Below are positions 32,129 through 40,518 of a DNA stretch of 64,000 nt, piece by piece (the first letter of the stretch is position 1; each line of letters starts with the position of its first letter). The stretch spans positions 175,024-239,023 of the forward strand of contig CAWDXE010000006.1 in the NCBI GenBank assembly GCA_963806185.1, read 5' to 3'. Below the pieces are notes generated by a model that saw only the letters and a program-made list of their open reading frames with translations, made no database searches and was not told the DNA's origin. The DNA is from an uncultured candidate division Zixibacteria bacterium. GTDB taxonomy: Bacteria > Zixibacteria > MSB-5A5 > GN15 > FEB-12. The translations under genes were made by a program, and so were the position numbers.

Positions 32129-34003
32129 ATGCGTTGTTATCACTCATTCTTTATCACGAGTTTCGTGATTATAGGTCTTGTGTCAAGCGCTATTGGTGAC
32201 GATCCGTACTACATCTATGATGGCAGACAGATTCCTGTAAGCGTCGACACGACCAAGATGGTACTGGCTCTACGAGAAGGAGAAGTGGTCAATGTCGGCA
32301 GCTTCATTGGCGGGCTAAGCCGAGTGAGGTCGTACGTGGCTCGTCATAACGGGTATGAGGAACTTTACATTTGTTCTCTAACGGTGTCGCATGATTACTT
32401 CCAGTACCTGGACACCGTACGCGCTGTCACTGCCGTCAGGTACGCGGGCCCTTTGTACAAAGATGGTAGCGGAAAGGACCTGTTCGCAACTGACCTGATC
32501 TGCGCCGGATTCGATCCGACTCTTGACTCGATGACTATAGACTCCATTCTGCAACACAACGGAGTCGAAGCCGTCGCCGAGATAATGCATAACGCATGGT
32601 CAGCACGGAATGTGCAGCCCGGCGTGCGTGGCACTCTCGCGACGGCGAACGCACTTGCCGCTGAGCCGGGTGTAGAATTTGCCGAGCCGGATTTTATGGG
32701 CAGCGTGGAAGTGTTTTCATACAAAGCGTACGATTACTTTCATCCGCGAAACCTACAAATAAAGGAAGTCATAGGCGAGTTCAACGAAAGAAGCGTGTGG
32801 GATTTTGCGCGCGTTGATCGACCCTGCACTGTCGCCATTCTGGATGACGGATTAATAAGCCATGAGGATATGCCTGATTCGCGCCTCGTTCAAGGCAAAG
32901 ACTGTTTTGGCTCCAGACTTACGTACCCATGGGCGCTTACAGCGCATGGGATGGGTTGCGCTGGAATCATCGGAGCATCACACACGACCGATAGTACTCA
33001 AGGGTATTACAGCAACTCTGGGGTGATTTCCATGAACCCGCACAGCCTTCTGATGCCGATTCGCATGATCGACAGTCTTGGCGTAGCTGTGGTTCATTCT
33101 TTGGAAGCAGAGGGTATTCGGTATGCCTGGACACATGGAGCCGACATTTTGAACTGCTCTTGGGGTAATCCTAGACTGGGGGCCGGTAGTACCATAGTGG
33201 ATTTGGCGCTTGATTCGGCATATACCTATGGCCGCAACGGTAGGGGATGCCTGATAATTGCCTCGACAGGTAACGACGCCGATTGGCAACAGTTATGGTA
33301 CGATTCGGTGTGGGTAAGCTGGCCGGCCCGCCTTGAATGCTGCTTTGCTGTTGGCGCTGTGGAACTACGAGATGTCCCCACTGGACAGTTCGCCTCCTTT
33401 AGCCAGTTTGGTCCTGAATTGGACATGGTTGCACCGGCAAGTGGCCCGGGTTTCATCAACGGGTATATGTGGACATTGGATCAAATGGGGTCATATGGCT
33501 ATAATCCTGATGGCGTTATTGGACTGATTGGTTTATGGGATTGCCCTCCTACAGCGCCAAACAACCAGAATTACGATTGCCATTTCGGGGGCACATCCGC
33601 CGCCGCTCCTGTCGTCTCCGGTGCCGCTTCGCTCGTCCTCGCATATAATGACACTCTGACGGCATCAACAGTCTACGATATTCTTCGACACTCCGCCGTC
33701 CCAGTTGTTGGTTCTGTTCCGAGTGACACGTTTGGCTGGGGAGAGGTCGACGCCTTCCGGGCTGTCTTATCACTCGCGCGCGGCGATGCCGACAACAACG
33801 GGTCCGTTGACATCACCGACCTCACCCGTTTGATAGACTACTGGTTTATCTCTTTCGAGCCGCCGTTCCCAACTCCGCTTCTTGGGGACTGCAACTGCGA
33901 CGGGCAGGTTGAGGCCTCTGGGGACCTTACGTATATGGTGAATTTCCTGTTTCTCGAAGGACCGCCGCCGGTGATTCCGTGTTTCCACTTCGAGGTACCA
34001 TGA
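32129..34003 (+). CDS. S8 (subtilisin-like) serine peptidase with C-terminal dockerin
   Basis: AILDDG (Asp), HGMGCAG (His), STGN, GGTSAAAP (Ser); RGDADNNGSVDITDLTRLIDY...GDCNCDGQV. Confidence 0.92.
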   Translation: MRCYHSFFITSFVIIGLVSSAIGDDPYYIYDGRQIPVSVDTTKMVLALREGEVVNVGSFIGGLSRVRSYVARHNGYEELYICSLTVSHDYFQYLDTVRAVTAVRYAGPLYKDGSGKDLFATDLICAGFDPTLDSMTIDSILQHNGVEAVAEIMHNAWSARNVQPGVRGTLATANALAAEPGVEFAEPDFMGSVEVFSYKAYDYFHPRNLQIKEVIGEFNERSVWDFARVDRPCTVAILDDGLISHEDMPDSRLVQGKDCFGSRLTYPWALTAHGMGCAGIIGASHTTDSTQGYYSNSGVISMNPHSLLMPIRMIDSLGVAVVHSLEAEGIRYAWTHGADILNCSWGNPRLGAGSTIVDLALDSAYTYGRNGRGCLIIASTGNDADWQQLWYDSVWVSWPARLECCFAVGAVELRDVPTGQFASFSQFGPELDMVAPASGPGFINGYMWTLDQMGSYGYNPDGVIGLIGLWDCPPTAPNNQNYDCHFGGTSAAAPVVSGAASLVLAYNDTLTASTVYDILRHSAVPVVGSVPSDTFGWGEVDAFRAVLSLARGDADNNGSVDITDLTRLIDYWFISFEPPFPTPLLGDCNCDGQVEASGDLTYMVNFLFLEGPPPVIPCFHFEVP

Positions 34004-34089
34004 GCCGACACGGGCGTGCCACATATGACAAACGGCAATCGTCATCAACGGGAAGGAGAGAACTTAAGGATCGCCACGGCTCGCTCAGA

Positions 34090-34195
34090 AGCGAGCCTCG
34101 CGATGACTTCTCGGGCGGATTCTATCTGTATTCGCATGTCCCGGTGCTCACTCTTGCTCCCTCTCCCGCCGGGAGAGGGTTGGGGTGAGGGCCGG
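34090..34195 (-). repeat. 106-bp REP-like composite element (copy at 49650..49755 in opposite orientation)
   Basis: CCGGCCCTCACCCCAACCCTCTCCC-N3-GGGAGAGGG ... GTCATCGCGAGGCTCGCT shared by both copies. Confidence 0.8.
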
Positions 34196-34339
34196 TGAGG
34201 GAGCGTCGGGCCACACAACGATACGAATTGTCGCAGGACCCGACGCAACAGGCAAGCTGCCCTGCTGGGTCGAAACCAGAAGGGTTCCGACCTACAAGAT
34301 GTGCCGTCAGGCACGGGGGCCTGACGGCACATCTCCAAG

Positions 34340-35464
34340 TCAAGTATTCGCCGCCTTCTTCAGGCCCGGGGCCATGGCTTCCTTAAAGGGCTCCAGCGCT
34401 TTCGATACGTATTCCGGATCCTCGCAATGGATACCCTGCTCGTACTCCATCCGATACGTGCAGAAAGGATTGTTGGCGCGACTGCCGGTAGCCGAAACCG
34501 ACGTGGTCGCACAGCCACCGCGACAGAGCGGCAGATACTTGCAGTCGTAGCAGAATCCATCGGCCGTGTCGCGGGTGAACTTGCGATTGTAGGACGCAAA
34601 ATTCGGGTCATTCCAGATTTCGGTGAATGAGCGTTTGCGGATGTTCCCCTCGACGAATTGTTCCGGCATCGACAAACAGCCTTTCACGTCGCCGTTGGAT
34701 TCAATCCCCGCCACACGCGTGCCGGCAAAGCAGCCGAAGGTCGGGTCGCCGTCGCGCAGTTCGTACCCTTTGCAGCCGTAAAAGCCGATGTTTTCGCCGA
34801 CGTCGATGCCGATATGTTCGTCTTTTTTCAGTTCGAGCAGCTTGTCGATAAACTGCGGGAACTTGTCGATGGTCAGCACGTAGTTGGCGACTTCCTTCAT
34901 GCGGCCGGTAGCCGTGGTCATCTGGATGCGCCAGGTGGGGCACTTGATGGCCACGAGCAGGTCACGAATGGCATCGAGCTCGCCCAGGTTAATGTTGGAG
35001 ATCTGAGTGACGGCGCAGAACTTCATGCCGCGCTCGGAGAACATTTTCATGGCGGCATAGGCGCGTTCGAATGAGTCAGGGCGCTGGCGGATGTAGTTAT
35101 GCGTTTCGCGCGTACCGTCGAAGCTGATTCCGATCTGGTCAAACTTCACTTTCTGCATCTGGTCGACCACCTCGGGTGTGACGGCATAGCCGTTGGAGAT
35201 AATGGCTGTCTTAATGCCTCGGCTCTTGGCATGAAGGGCCAGTTTTTGCCAGTCTTTGCGCAGCAGGGGTTCGCCGCCGGAAAGGGTAATGATTTCGGTG
35301 CCGAGACCGGCGAGTTCGTCGATCAGCTTCAGCGCCTCATCGGTGGTCAATTCATCGGGGCGGGCCTTGCCGGCCGAGGTGCCGCAGTGGATGCACCGCA
35401 TGTTGCACGCGAACGTGGTTTCCCACACGACATAGTGCGGAAAGAACTTAAAATCAGTAGTCAT
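34340..35464 (-). CDS. Radical SAM/SPASM enzyme, PlpX-like (splicease-type) peptide maturase
   Basis: Start ATG 35464 with AAGGAG; VWETTFACNMRCIHCG, TQI, WRIQMT..GR, GENIGFYG, CFAG..AGIESNGDVKGCLSMP, CYDCKYLPLCRGGC, NNPFC; blocks resemble PlpX as recalled, not searched. Confidence 0.85.
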   Translation of the reverse strand: MTTDFKFFPHYVVWETTFACNMRCIHCGTSAGKARPDELTTDEALKLIDELAGLGTEIITLSGGEPLLRKDWQKLALHAKSRGIKTAIISNGYAVTPEVVDQMQKVKFDQIGISFDGTRETHNYIRQRPDSFERAYAAMKMFSERGMKFCAVTQISNINLGELDAIRDLLVAIKCPTWRIQMTTATGRMKEVANYVLTIDKFPQFIDKLLELKKDEHIGIDVGENIGFYGCKGYELRDGDPTFGCFAGTRVAGIESNGDVKGCLSMPEQFVEGNIRKRSFTEIWNDPNFASYNRKFTRDTADGFCYDCKYLPLCRGGCATTSVSATGSRANNPFCTYRMEYEQGIHCEDPEYVSKALEPFKEAMAPGLKKAANT

Positions 35465-35469
35465 AGGAG

Positions 35470-36810
35470 CTACTCCTTTGCGGCGGGCTGAGCCTGCCGG
35501 TATCGTGAAAGAGCAATCATTTCCAGCATTTCCGGGAGATTGTATTTCCAAGCCTCACAAACATCGGTGTTTAGTTCATTCGCCCGTTCGCGGCGCGCGG
35601 GGCAACCGCCCATGCAGATGGGCAGGATGTTGCACCCGGTGCATTCCGAGATATCGAACGGGTTGAACTGGTACAACGACAGAAAGTTCGGGTGATGGTA
35701 ATCTATGTCGTGGCGAATATTGCCGGCGGTCTTCGACTTGTCGCCGATAAAATTGAAACAGCGATAGATGTCGCCGTCCTGGTCGAGCACGAAACCATTC
35801 TTGGTCTGCGCCATGCAGAAATGCGACATTGGCTGCGGCAGTTTTTCCACCTTTAAACCGTGCTGCAGCATGACGCGGAAGAAATTCGATTCGATCTTTG
35901 AGAAGTCGGAGAAGGTGTAACAGTCCTCGGCAATATTACTGCAGACCTCGGTGGCCGGGTCGAGGCAGCCGAAGTAGACGTGGATGCGATCGCTGATTCC
36001 CGCGACCTTGAATTCGTTGAGCATCTCGACAATGGTATCCTCCGTGAAGGACCGATCAATATTGACGCGGACGCCAATGCCGAGCCTGGTCGAGGCGTAG
36101 GCGATATTCTTGAGAATACGATCGAAGCTGGGCTTACCATTCTTGAGTGGACGTTTTACGTTGTGCAGGCGCGAAGGGCCGTCGACGGTCACCTGCACGG
36201 TCGCCACTTTGAGGGCCCGCAGTTTGTCGACCGTGGCTTCGTCGAGCAGGTAGCCGTTGGTGATCATGCTGGCGGTGTAGTCGAAGGTGTGCTCAGCCTG
36301 CAGGGCAAAGACGGCCTGGGTGAGGTACTCGATAGTATCCATGGCCAAAAGCGGTTCGCCGCCGTACCAGGAGATGCTGAGTCCTTTGCATTTGGCAATC
36401 CGTTGTTTGACGAAAGCGATCAGGGCGTCAGCCGTTTCGCGCGACATCTTCCCTTTCTTGTTCGTCTCATAACAGTACGGGCAGGCCATATTACAGGCCA
36501 TGGACGGCGCGACGACGAGGCCCAGGGCCTCCTCGGTTTCGCGGGCCATCAGATGCTGATCGTGCAGGGTGGCCAGCTCATCGAGGTCCTCGGGGCGCGT
36601 GAAACCGCCATAGTTCATCTGATTGAGAAGTTGTTCTTCCTCGGTTGTGAACACGGCGGCAGGACGGTCGGTGAGTTTATGGGCAACCAGCTGATAGGTC
36701 GCGAAGTTTTCCGGGTTCATGACCGCCAAGGCGCCGGAGCGAGCGTTGTAGGCCAAGTACATGCCGTCACGCCAGGGCACGATGACGTTGTAGCGAGAGA
36801 GCTTTTGCAT
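35470..36810 (-). CDS. Radical SAM/SPASM peptide maturase with N-terminal RRE-like extension (Cys-rich peptide/thioether type)
   Basis: KLSRYN..LAYNARSGA N-terminus; CNMACPYC; WYGGEPLL; SPASM CMAQ..C..CTGCNILPICMGGCP..C. Confidence 0.88.
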   Translation of the reverse strand: MQKLSRYNVIVPWRDGMYLAYNARSGALAVMNPENFATYQLVAHKLTDRPAAVFTTEEEQLLNQMNYGGFTRPEDLDELATLHDQHLMARETEEALGLVVAPSMACNMACPYCYETNKKGKMSRETADALIAFVKQRIAKCKGLSISWYGGEPLLAMDTIEYLTQAVFALQAEHTFDYTASMITNGYLLDEATVDKLRALKVATVQVTVDGPSRLHNVKRPLKNGKPSFDRILKNIAYASTRLGIGVRVNIDRSFTEDTIVEMLNEFKVAGISDRIHVYFGCLDPATEVCSNIAEDCYTFSDFSKIESNFFRVMLQHGLKVEKLPQPMSHFCMAQTKNGFVLDQDGDIYRCFNFIGDKSKTAGNIRHDIDYHHPNFLSLYQFNPFDISECTGCNILPICMGGCPARRERANELNTDVCEAWKYNLPEMLEMIALSRYRQAQPAAKE

Positions 36811-37038
36811 CGTCTGTAGTGGTCCCTTTTGTTATCTATTGGCGCCCAACGGTGAGCAGGTACCCGGTCTCGTCGTTGTCGCCTGATTAATTAACAGTCA
36901 CCAGCAGGACTTCGCCCCACTTGGTGCATGGCCACCCGGAGAAGAAAGGCGAAATTGGGGGAGGCTACTGTCGTCGATTGAACGACGAACGGGAACCTCC
37001 CTTTCCTGTTTGTGCCAGGTCAAATCGTTGTTACGCGA

Positions 37039-37164
37039 TTAGACCTCGACGCCGTAGAGCGGCACGCCATAGAGCGGCTTAATTCCGCACTTGCTAGGGC
37101 AGAGGAACTTGAGCGTGCAGACGCTCGGGCCCTGAACAACGGACGGATCAATGATGAATACCAT
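37039..37164 (-). CDS. 41-aa RiPP precursor MVFIIDPSVVQGPSVCTLKFLCPSKCGIKPLYGVPLYGVEV
   Basis: Manual translation; strong AAGGGAGG RBS; three Cys and tandem PLYGV; first gene upstream of two rSAM genes. Confidence 0.88.
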   Translation of the reverse strand: MVFIIDPSVVQGPSVCTLKFLCPSKCGIKPLYGVPLYGVEV

Positions 37165-37378
37165 CAAGGACCTCCCTTGGTTTTAGGGTGTAGCACATTG
37201 CAGAACAATCCCGTCGGAGAATCCGACAGGATATTTGGTAGTTAACATCACGGTCCTCTATTCTTTGCGCACACCCGAACGACAGGGCGCAGGAATTCGC
37301 AAAGTGAGGTAGGATCCGTGTGCTCATATATTTTGGTTAGGGAGGGCCTGAGCCCCCTCATGCTCCAGTATTTGTCTC

Positions 37379-37407
37379 AAAATGTCGACATGTCACCGAA
37401 TTGTCAA
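37379..37407 (-). promoter_or_regulatory. Possible sigma70 promoter of RiPP cluster 1
   Basis: TTGACA-17 bp-CATTTT on minus strand; weak -10. Confidence 0.4.
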
Positions 37408-38072
37408 GACGAAAATGGGCAGAGGCACCCATTACTCTACCTTCAGAGCATGTTCGTCGAGATGCAACTCAATCCAGCGTAAGCAATTGAGGGAGGCCCA
37501 GGCGAGCCGAGAGCGCGCATCGACCTCCCTTGAGATGTCTGTGATCAGCAAGCCGCCTTTATCAAGTGGTCGGCACGCCGTACAGCGGCTCGTAGAAATC
37601 GAGCGGGCACTTCGTCGTGCACACAATGATCTTCAGAGGGCACGGTTTCGGACCCAGGACAGTTGAGGGGTCAATAATGAAAACCATCTTCGGCCTCCAG
37701 GTTTGAGGGTTAATGCATTGCAGAGCGTCTTGCCGCACGGGCCGGCACGACGGTGAAATTCAAAAACTTTGTCCCGCTTGCGGTAAAGCCGTCAATTGGC
37801 TGCGAGGAGTGAGAGGTGCAATACCGCATAAAGCGATGTGTGCTCCAAAGAACCAATTGAGGAGAGAACTCCTCAGTTGCCGGTTTGACGTACCAATTTG
37901 ATCAAAAGATATCATCAAAAGTGGTGTCTGGTCGCGAGCTTGTCAAGGACAAACGTAGGTATGAGCGCCGACTTCTCCATGATACTACGAGGAGAAATGC
38001 GCGACCGAGACTCGAGTGTGAGTTGAATTGTGAGGATAACTATTTATCGAGCAACAAGGTAGAGCATGCGGA

Positions 38073-38624
38073 TCACAGCAGGGGGAGTACTGCTTCGTGC
38101 AACGCGGCCCGATAGTGCAGGCCGGCCGAATTGAGACTCCGCATGATAGAACCGTAGCGATCGAAGTCACTCAGGGAGGCGAGATGTACCTCGCGGATCT
38201 CGTCGTGGTCGGTGAAACTAAAATCACCGGCGACGTATTCGCCGAGGAAGACAAATGATCTCCAGAACAAGGTGTCGTGCTCGTGCACGAAATCGACGGA
38301 AGTTCGCAGAAGGAATCGAAGCAGGTTGATTTCGCAGCCGATCTCCTCGCCGACTTCACGATAGACGCCCTCAAGGAATGTCTCGCCCGGATGAATGCCA
38401 CCGGACGGGGCGCGGTAGAGATCGGGTGGATACATGTGCTTGGCGATGACGATCCACTGATCACCTTTGCGCACATAGAGGGTGGCATCGTGGTTGCGGC
38501 CGTGCTTCTGCGTTTGCCGGATGCGAGTGAGCTCGGCCGCGGAGGATTCAATACGAAACCGTACCGGCTTCGGCGCACCAAATTGCGCCTCCATCTCCCC
38601 TATCATGGCCTCAGTCACAAACAT
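38073..38624 (-). CDS. NUDIX hydrolase
   Basis: Nudix box PSGGIHPGETFLEGVYREVGEEIG. Confidence 0.85.
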   Translation of the reverse strand: MFVTEAMIGEMEAQFGAPKPVRFRIESSAAELTRIRQTQKHGRNHDATLYVRKGDQWIVIAKHMYPPDLYRAPSGGIHPGETFLEGVYREVGEEIGCEINLLRFLLRTSVDFVHEHDTLFWRSFVFLGEYVAGDFSFTDHDEIREVHLASLSDFDRYGSIMRSLNSAGLHYRAALHEAVLPLL

Positions 38625-38635
38625 CAGACAGTGGC

Positions 38636-39814
38636 CTACAGGAGCGGCGTGATTTCAGCCTGCAGCGGCATAGTGGTAACTTCGACCCCTTCGTGGCTGA
38701 TGAGCACGTCGATCTCGGTCCGGAAGCCGCAATCCTTCATGTAGATCCCGGGTTCAATAGAGAAGAGATGGCCCTTTTGGAGGCGGCGCTTATCCTCGGT
38801 TTCCAGATTATCGATATTCGGTCCGGTGCCGTGAACATCAGCCGAAATCGAATGGCCGGTGCGATGAACGAAATAGTCGCCGTAACCGGCGACGCGGACG
38901 ATCTCGCGGCAGGCGTCATCGACCTCGGCGCCCAGCACCGGCCGTTTTTCGATATTATCCCGGAGGAATTGAACGGCGCGATCGCGAGCTTTCATCAGGA
39001 CGGCAAAGATGTCGGTGTAACGATTGGGTATTGCCGCCCGGGAGCCGGTATACCCCATCCAGGTGATATCGGCAAAGACACCGTGTTCGGTCTTGAGCTT
39101 ACCCCAGAGGTCGATCAGCACCAATTGGTCGTGGCCGATGACGGTGGAGTGAACGGCATCCGGCTCGTAATGCGGATCGCCGGCGTGAGCGTCGACGGAG
39201 CAATTCGGGCCGTGATCGGTTTCCATGTCGAAGGCCGTGAATTGCTCGCGTATGAATTCACAGACATCCCATTCCGTGACGCGCTTCTGGTCGTGCAGGG
39301 ATTTCGTTATGAACGCAAAGGTCTTGTCTTTGATTTCGATGATATTGCGTGCGGCCATGCGATGGGCCGCAATCTCCTCCGGCGTCAGGCGTGATTGAAA
39401 GCGAGCCACGAGATCGGCCGAGGAAACGATCTCGACATTCCACGACCGAATGAGATCGATAGTGCCGGCATCGACCATCGCCACATACGGCAGTCGGCCG
39501 AGCGGGGAATATTCCATGGCGACTTTGCCGGTTCCGGAGACGGTTTCCTTGAGCTTCTGTTCGAGCATCCGGTAGCCGGCATAGGCGATGAATTTGCCGG
39601 GGAGGTGCTTGAATTTGTTCGCCTCAATGGCGTTGACCAGGGCGACCGGATTGCCGGACGCCGGAATATAGTAGAATGACCGTCGCGTCAACATGCCCTT
39701 GACGCCAAGGGTGCGGGTGGCAATGAAATTGTATCCGTGAAAATCGGCCAGAAGCCAGCCATCGATCTCGTGTTCCGTGAGCCATTGCTGAATCGCCGCG
39801 ATGTCCATCGTCAT
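38636..39814 (-). CDS. M24 family metallopeptidase (Xaa-Pro peptidase-like)
   Basis: DPHY, LIDLWG, ADITW, HRTGH, SIEPGIY, RTEID motifs. Confidence 0.9.
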   Translation of the reverse strand: MTMDIAAIQQWLTEHEIDGWLLADFHGYNFIATRTLGVKGMLTRRSFYYIPASGNPVALVNAIEANKFKHLPGKFIAYAGYRMLEQKLKETVSGTGKVAMEYSPLGRLPYVAMVDAGTIDLIRSWNVEIVSSADLVARFQSRLTPEEIAAHRMAARNIIEIKDKTFAFITKSLHDQKRVTEWDVCEFIREQFTAFDMETDHGPNCSVDAHAGDPHYEPDAVHSTVIGHDQLVLIDLWGKLKTEHGVFADITWMGYTGSRAAIPNRYTDIFAVLMKARDRAVQFLRDNIEKRPVLGAEVDDACREIVRVAGYGDYFVHRTGHSISADVHGTGPNIDNLETEDKRRLQKGHLFSIEPGIYMKDCGFRTEIDVLISHEGVEVTTMPLQAEITPLL

Positions 39815-39929
39815 TCTCCGTGTTAGGCCTGGTTTGTATCAGGGTGTAATATATGGCAGAGCCCTGAGCTTGACACCTGATTTGTGGCGGACCTATATTG
39901 CGACACATCGATCAGGAGAGAAACGAATC

Positions 39930-40496
39930 GTGCGAATGGTCATCACGGGTGCGCCGGCATCGGGTAAGACGGTCTTTTTGGAACGGCTGAAAGGGGTGCC
40001 GGAGCTGGCGACATTTGCCTTTTTCGATGAACTCGCCCGCCAACTTCTGATCGAGAATCCGGCCTATCGGACTCAACGCACCGAATTTCACCGGGAAATA
40101 TACCGCCGCCAGACGCGGCGCGAAGATCAATTGGCCGATCAGTCTTTTGTGTCGGATCGCGGCACGGTCGACGCGTTTGCTTTTCATCCGGAAACGCTTA
40201 CCCTGGTCGGTACGACTCTGGAACGAGAGTATCGGAGGTATGATCTGGTGGTACAACTTGAGTCTGCGGCCCGGCTGGGATTGCCCTATTATCAAACCGA
40301 TACCGTTCGCACCGAAACGCCGAAGGATGCTCTGGTGATTGAGTCGGCGATTGCGTCGGCCTGGAAGGGACATCCCGGCTACCACCGGGTACCAGCCCGA
40401 CCGTCATTTGATGACAAATGGGCCGATTTCATTGATTTGACCCTGCGGGAGTTGCGCGACCAGGGGTCGAAACAAACGGGCCATAAAAGCGTCTAA
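39930..40496 (+). CDS. AAA_28/NadR-like P-loop ATPase
   Basis: GTG 39930 after GGAGAG; VITGAPASGKT Walker A, ELAR, SDRGTVD, YDLV. Confidence 0.8.
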   Translation: MRMVITGAPASGKTVFLERLKGVPELATFAFFDELARQLLIENPAYRTQRTEFHREIYRRQTRREDQLADQSFVSDRGTVDAFAFHPETLTLVGTTLEREYRRYDLVVQLESAARLGLPYYQTDTVRTETPKDALVIESAIASAWKGHPGYHRVPARPSFDDKWADFIDLTLRELRDQGSKQTGHKSV

Positions 40497-40518
40497 TAAG
40501 AAATAACCGTTCAAACCT

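Larger units (their letters stand above)
30866..32142 (+). repeat. Copy 1 of a ~1.28-kb duplicated segment (copy 2 at 51501..52777)
   Basis: Constant offset 20635; covers upstream region, lipoprotein gene and first 14 nt of the S8 gene. Confidence 0.9.

Noticed and set aside
34045..34343. Small ORFs encoding PHPNPLP / PSPQPSP peptides (also 49551-49803, 53025-53273)
   Set aside because: Translations of REP-like palindromes
36891..36929. 12-aa ORF MHQVGRSPAGDC between precursor 1 and the first rSAM
   Set aside because: No clear RBS and no similarity to the precursor leader
37012..37245. Listed 77-aa plus-strand ORF
   Set aside because: Antisense to the better-supported 41-aa precursor
37389..37399. 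11-mer CATGTCACCGA shared with 46874..46884 near both RiPP promoters
   Set aside because: Opposite orientation and different position relative to each promoter; may be chance
37410..38070. Short ORFs in the gap between NUDIX and RiPP cluster 1
   Set aside because: No motifs or convincing start signals
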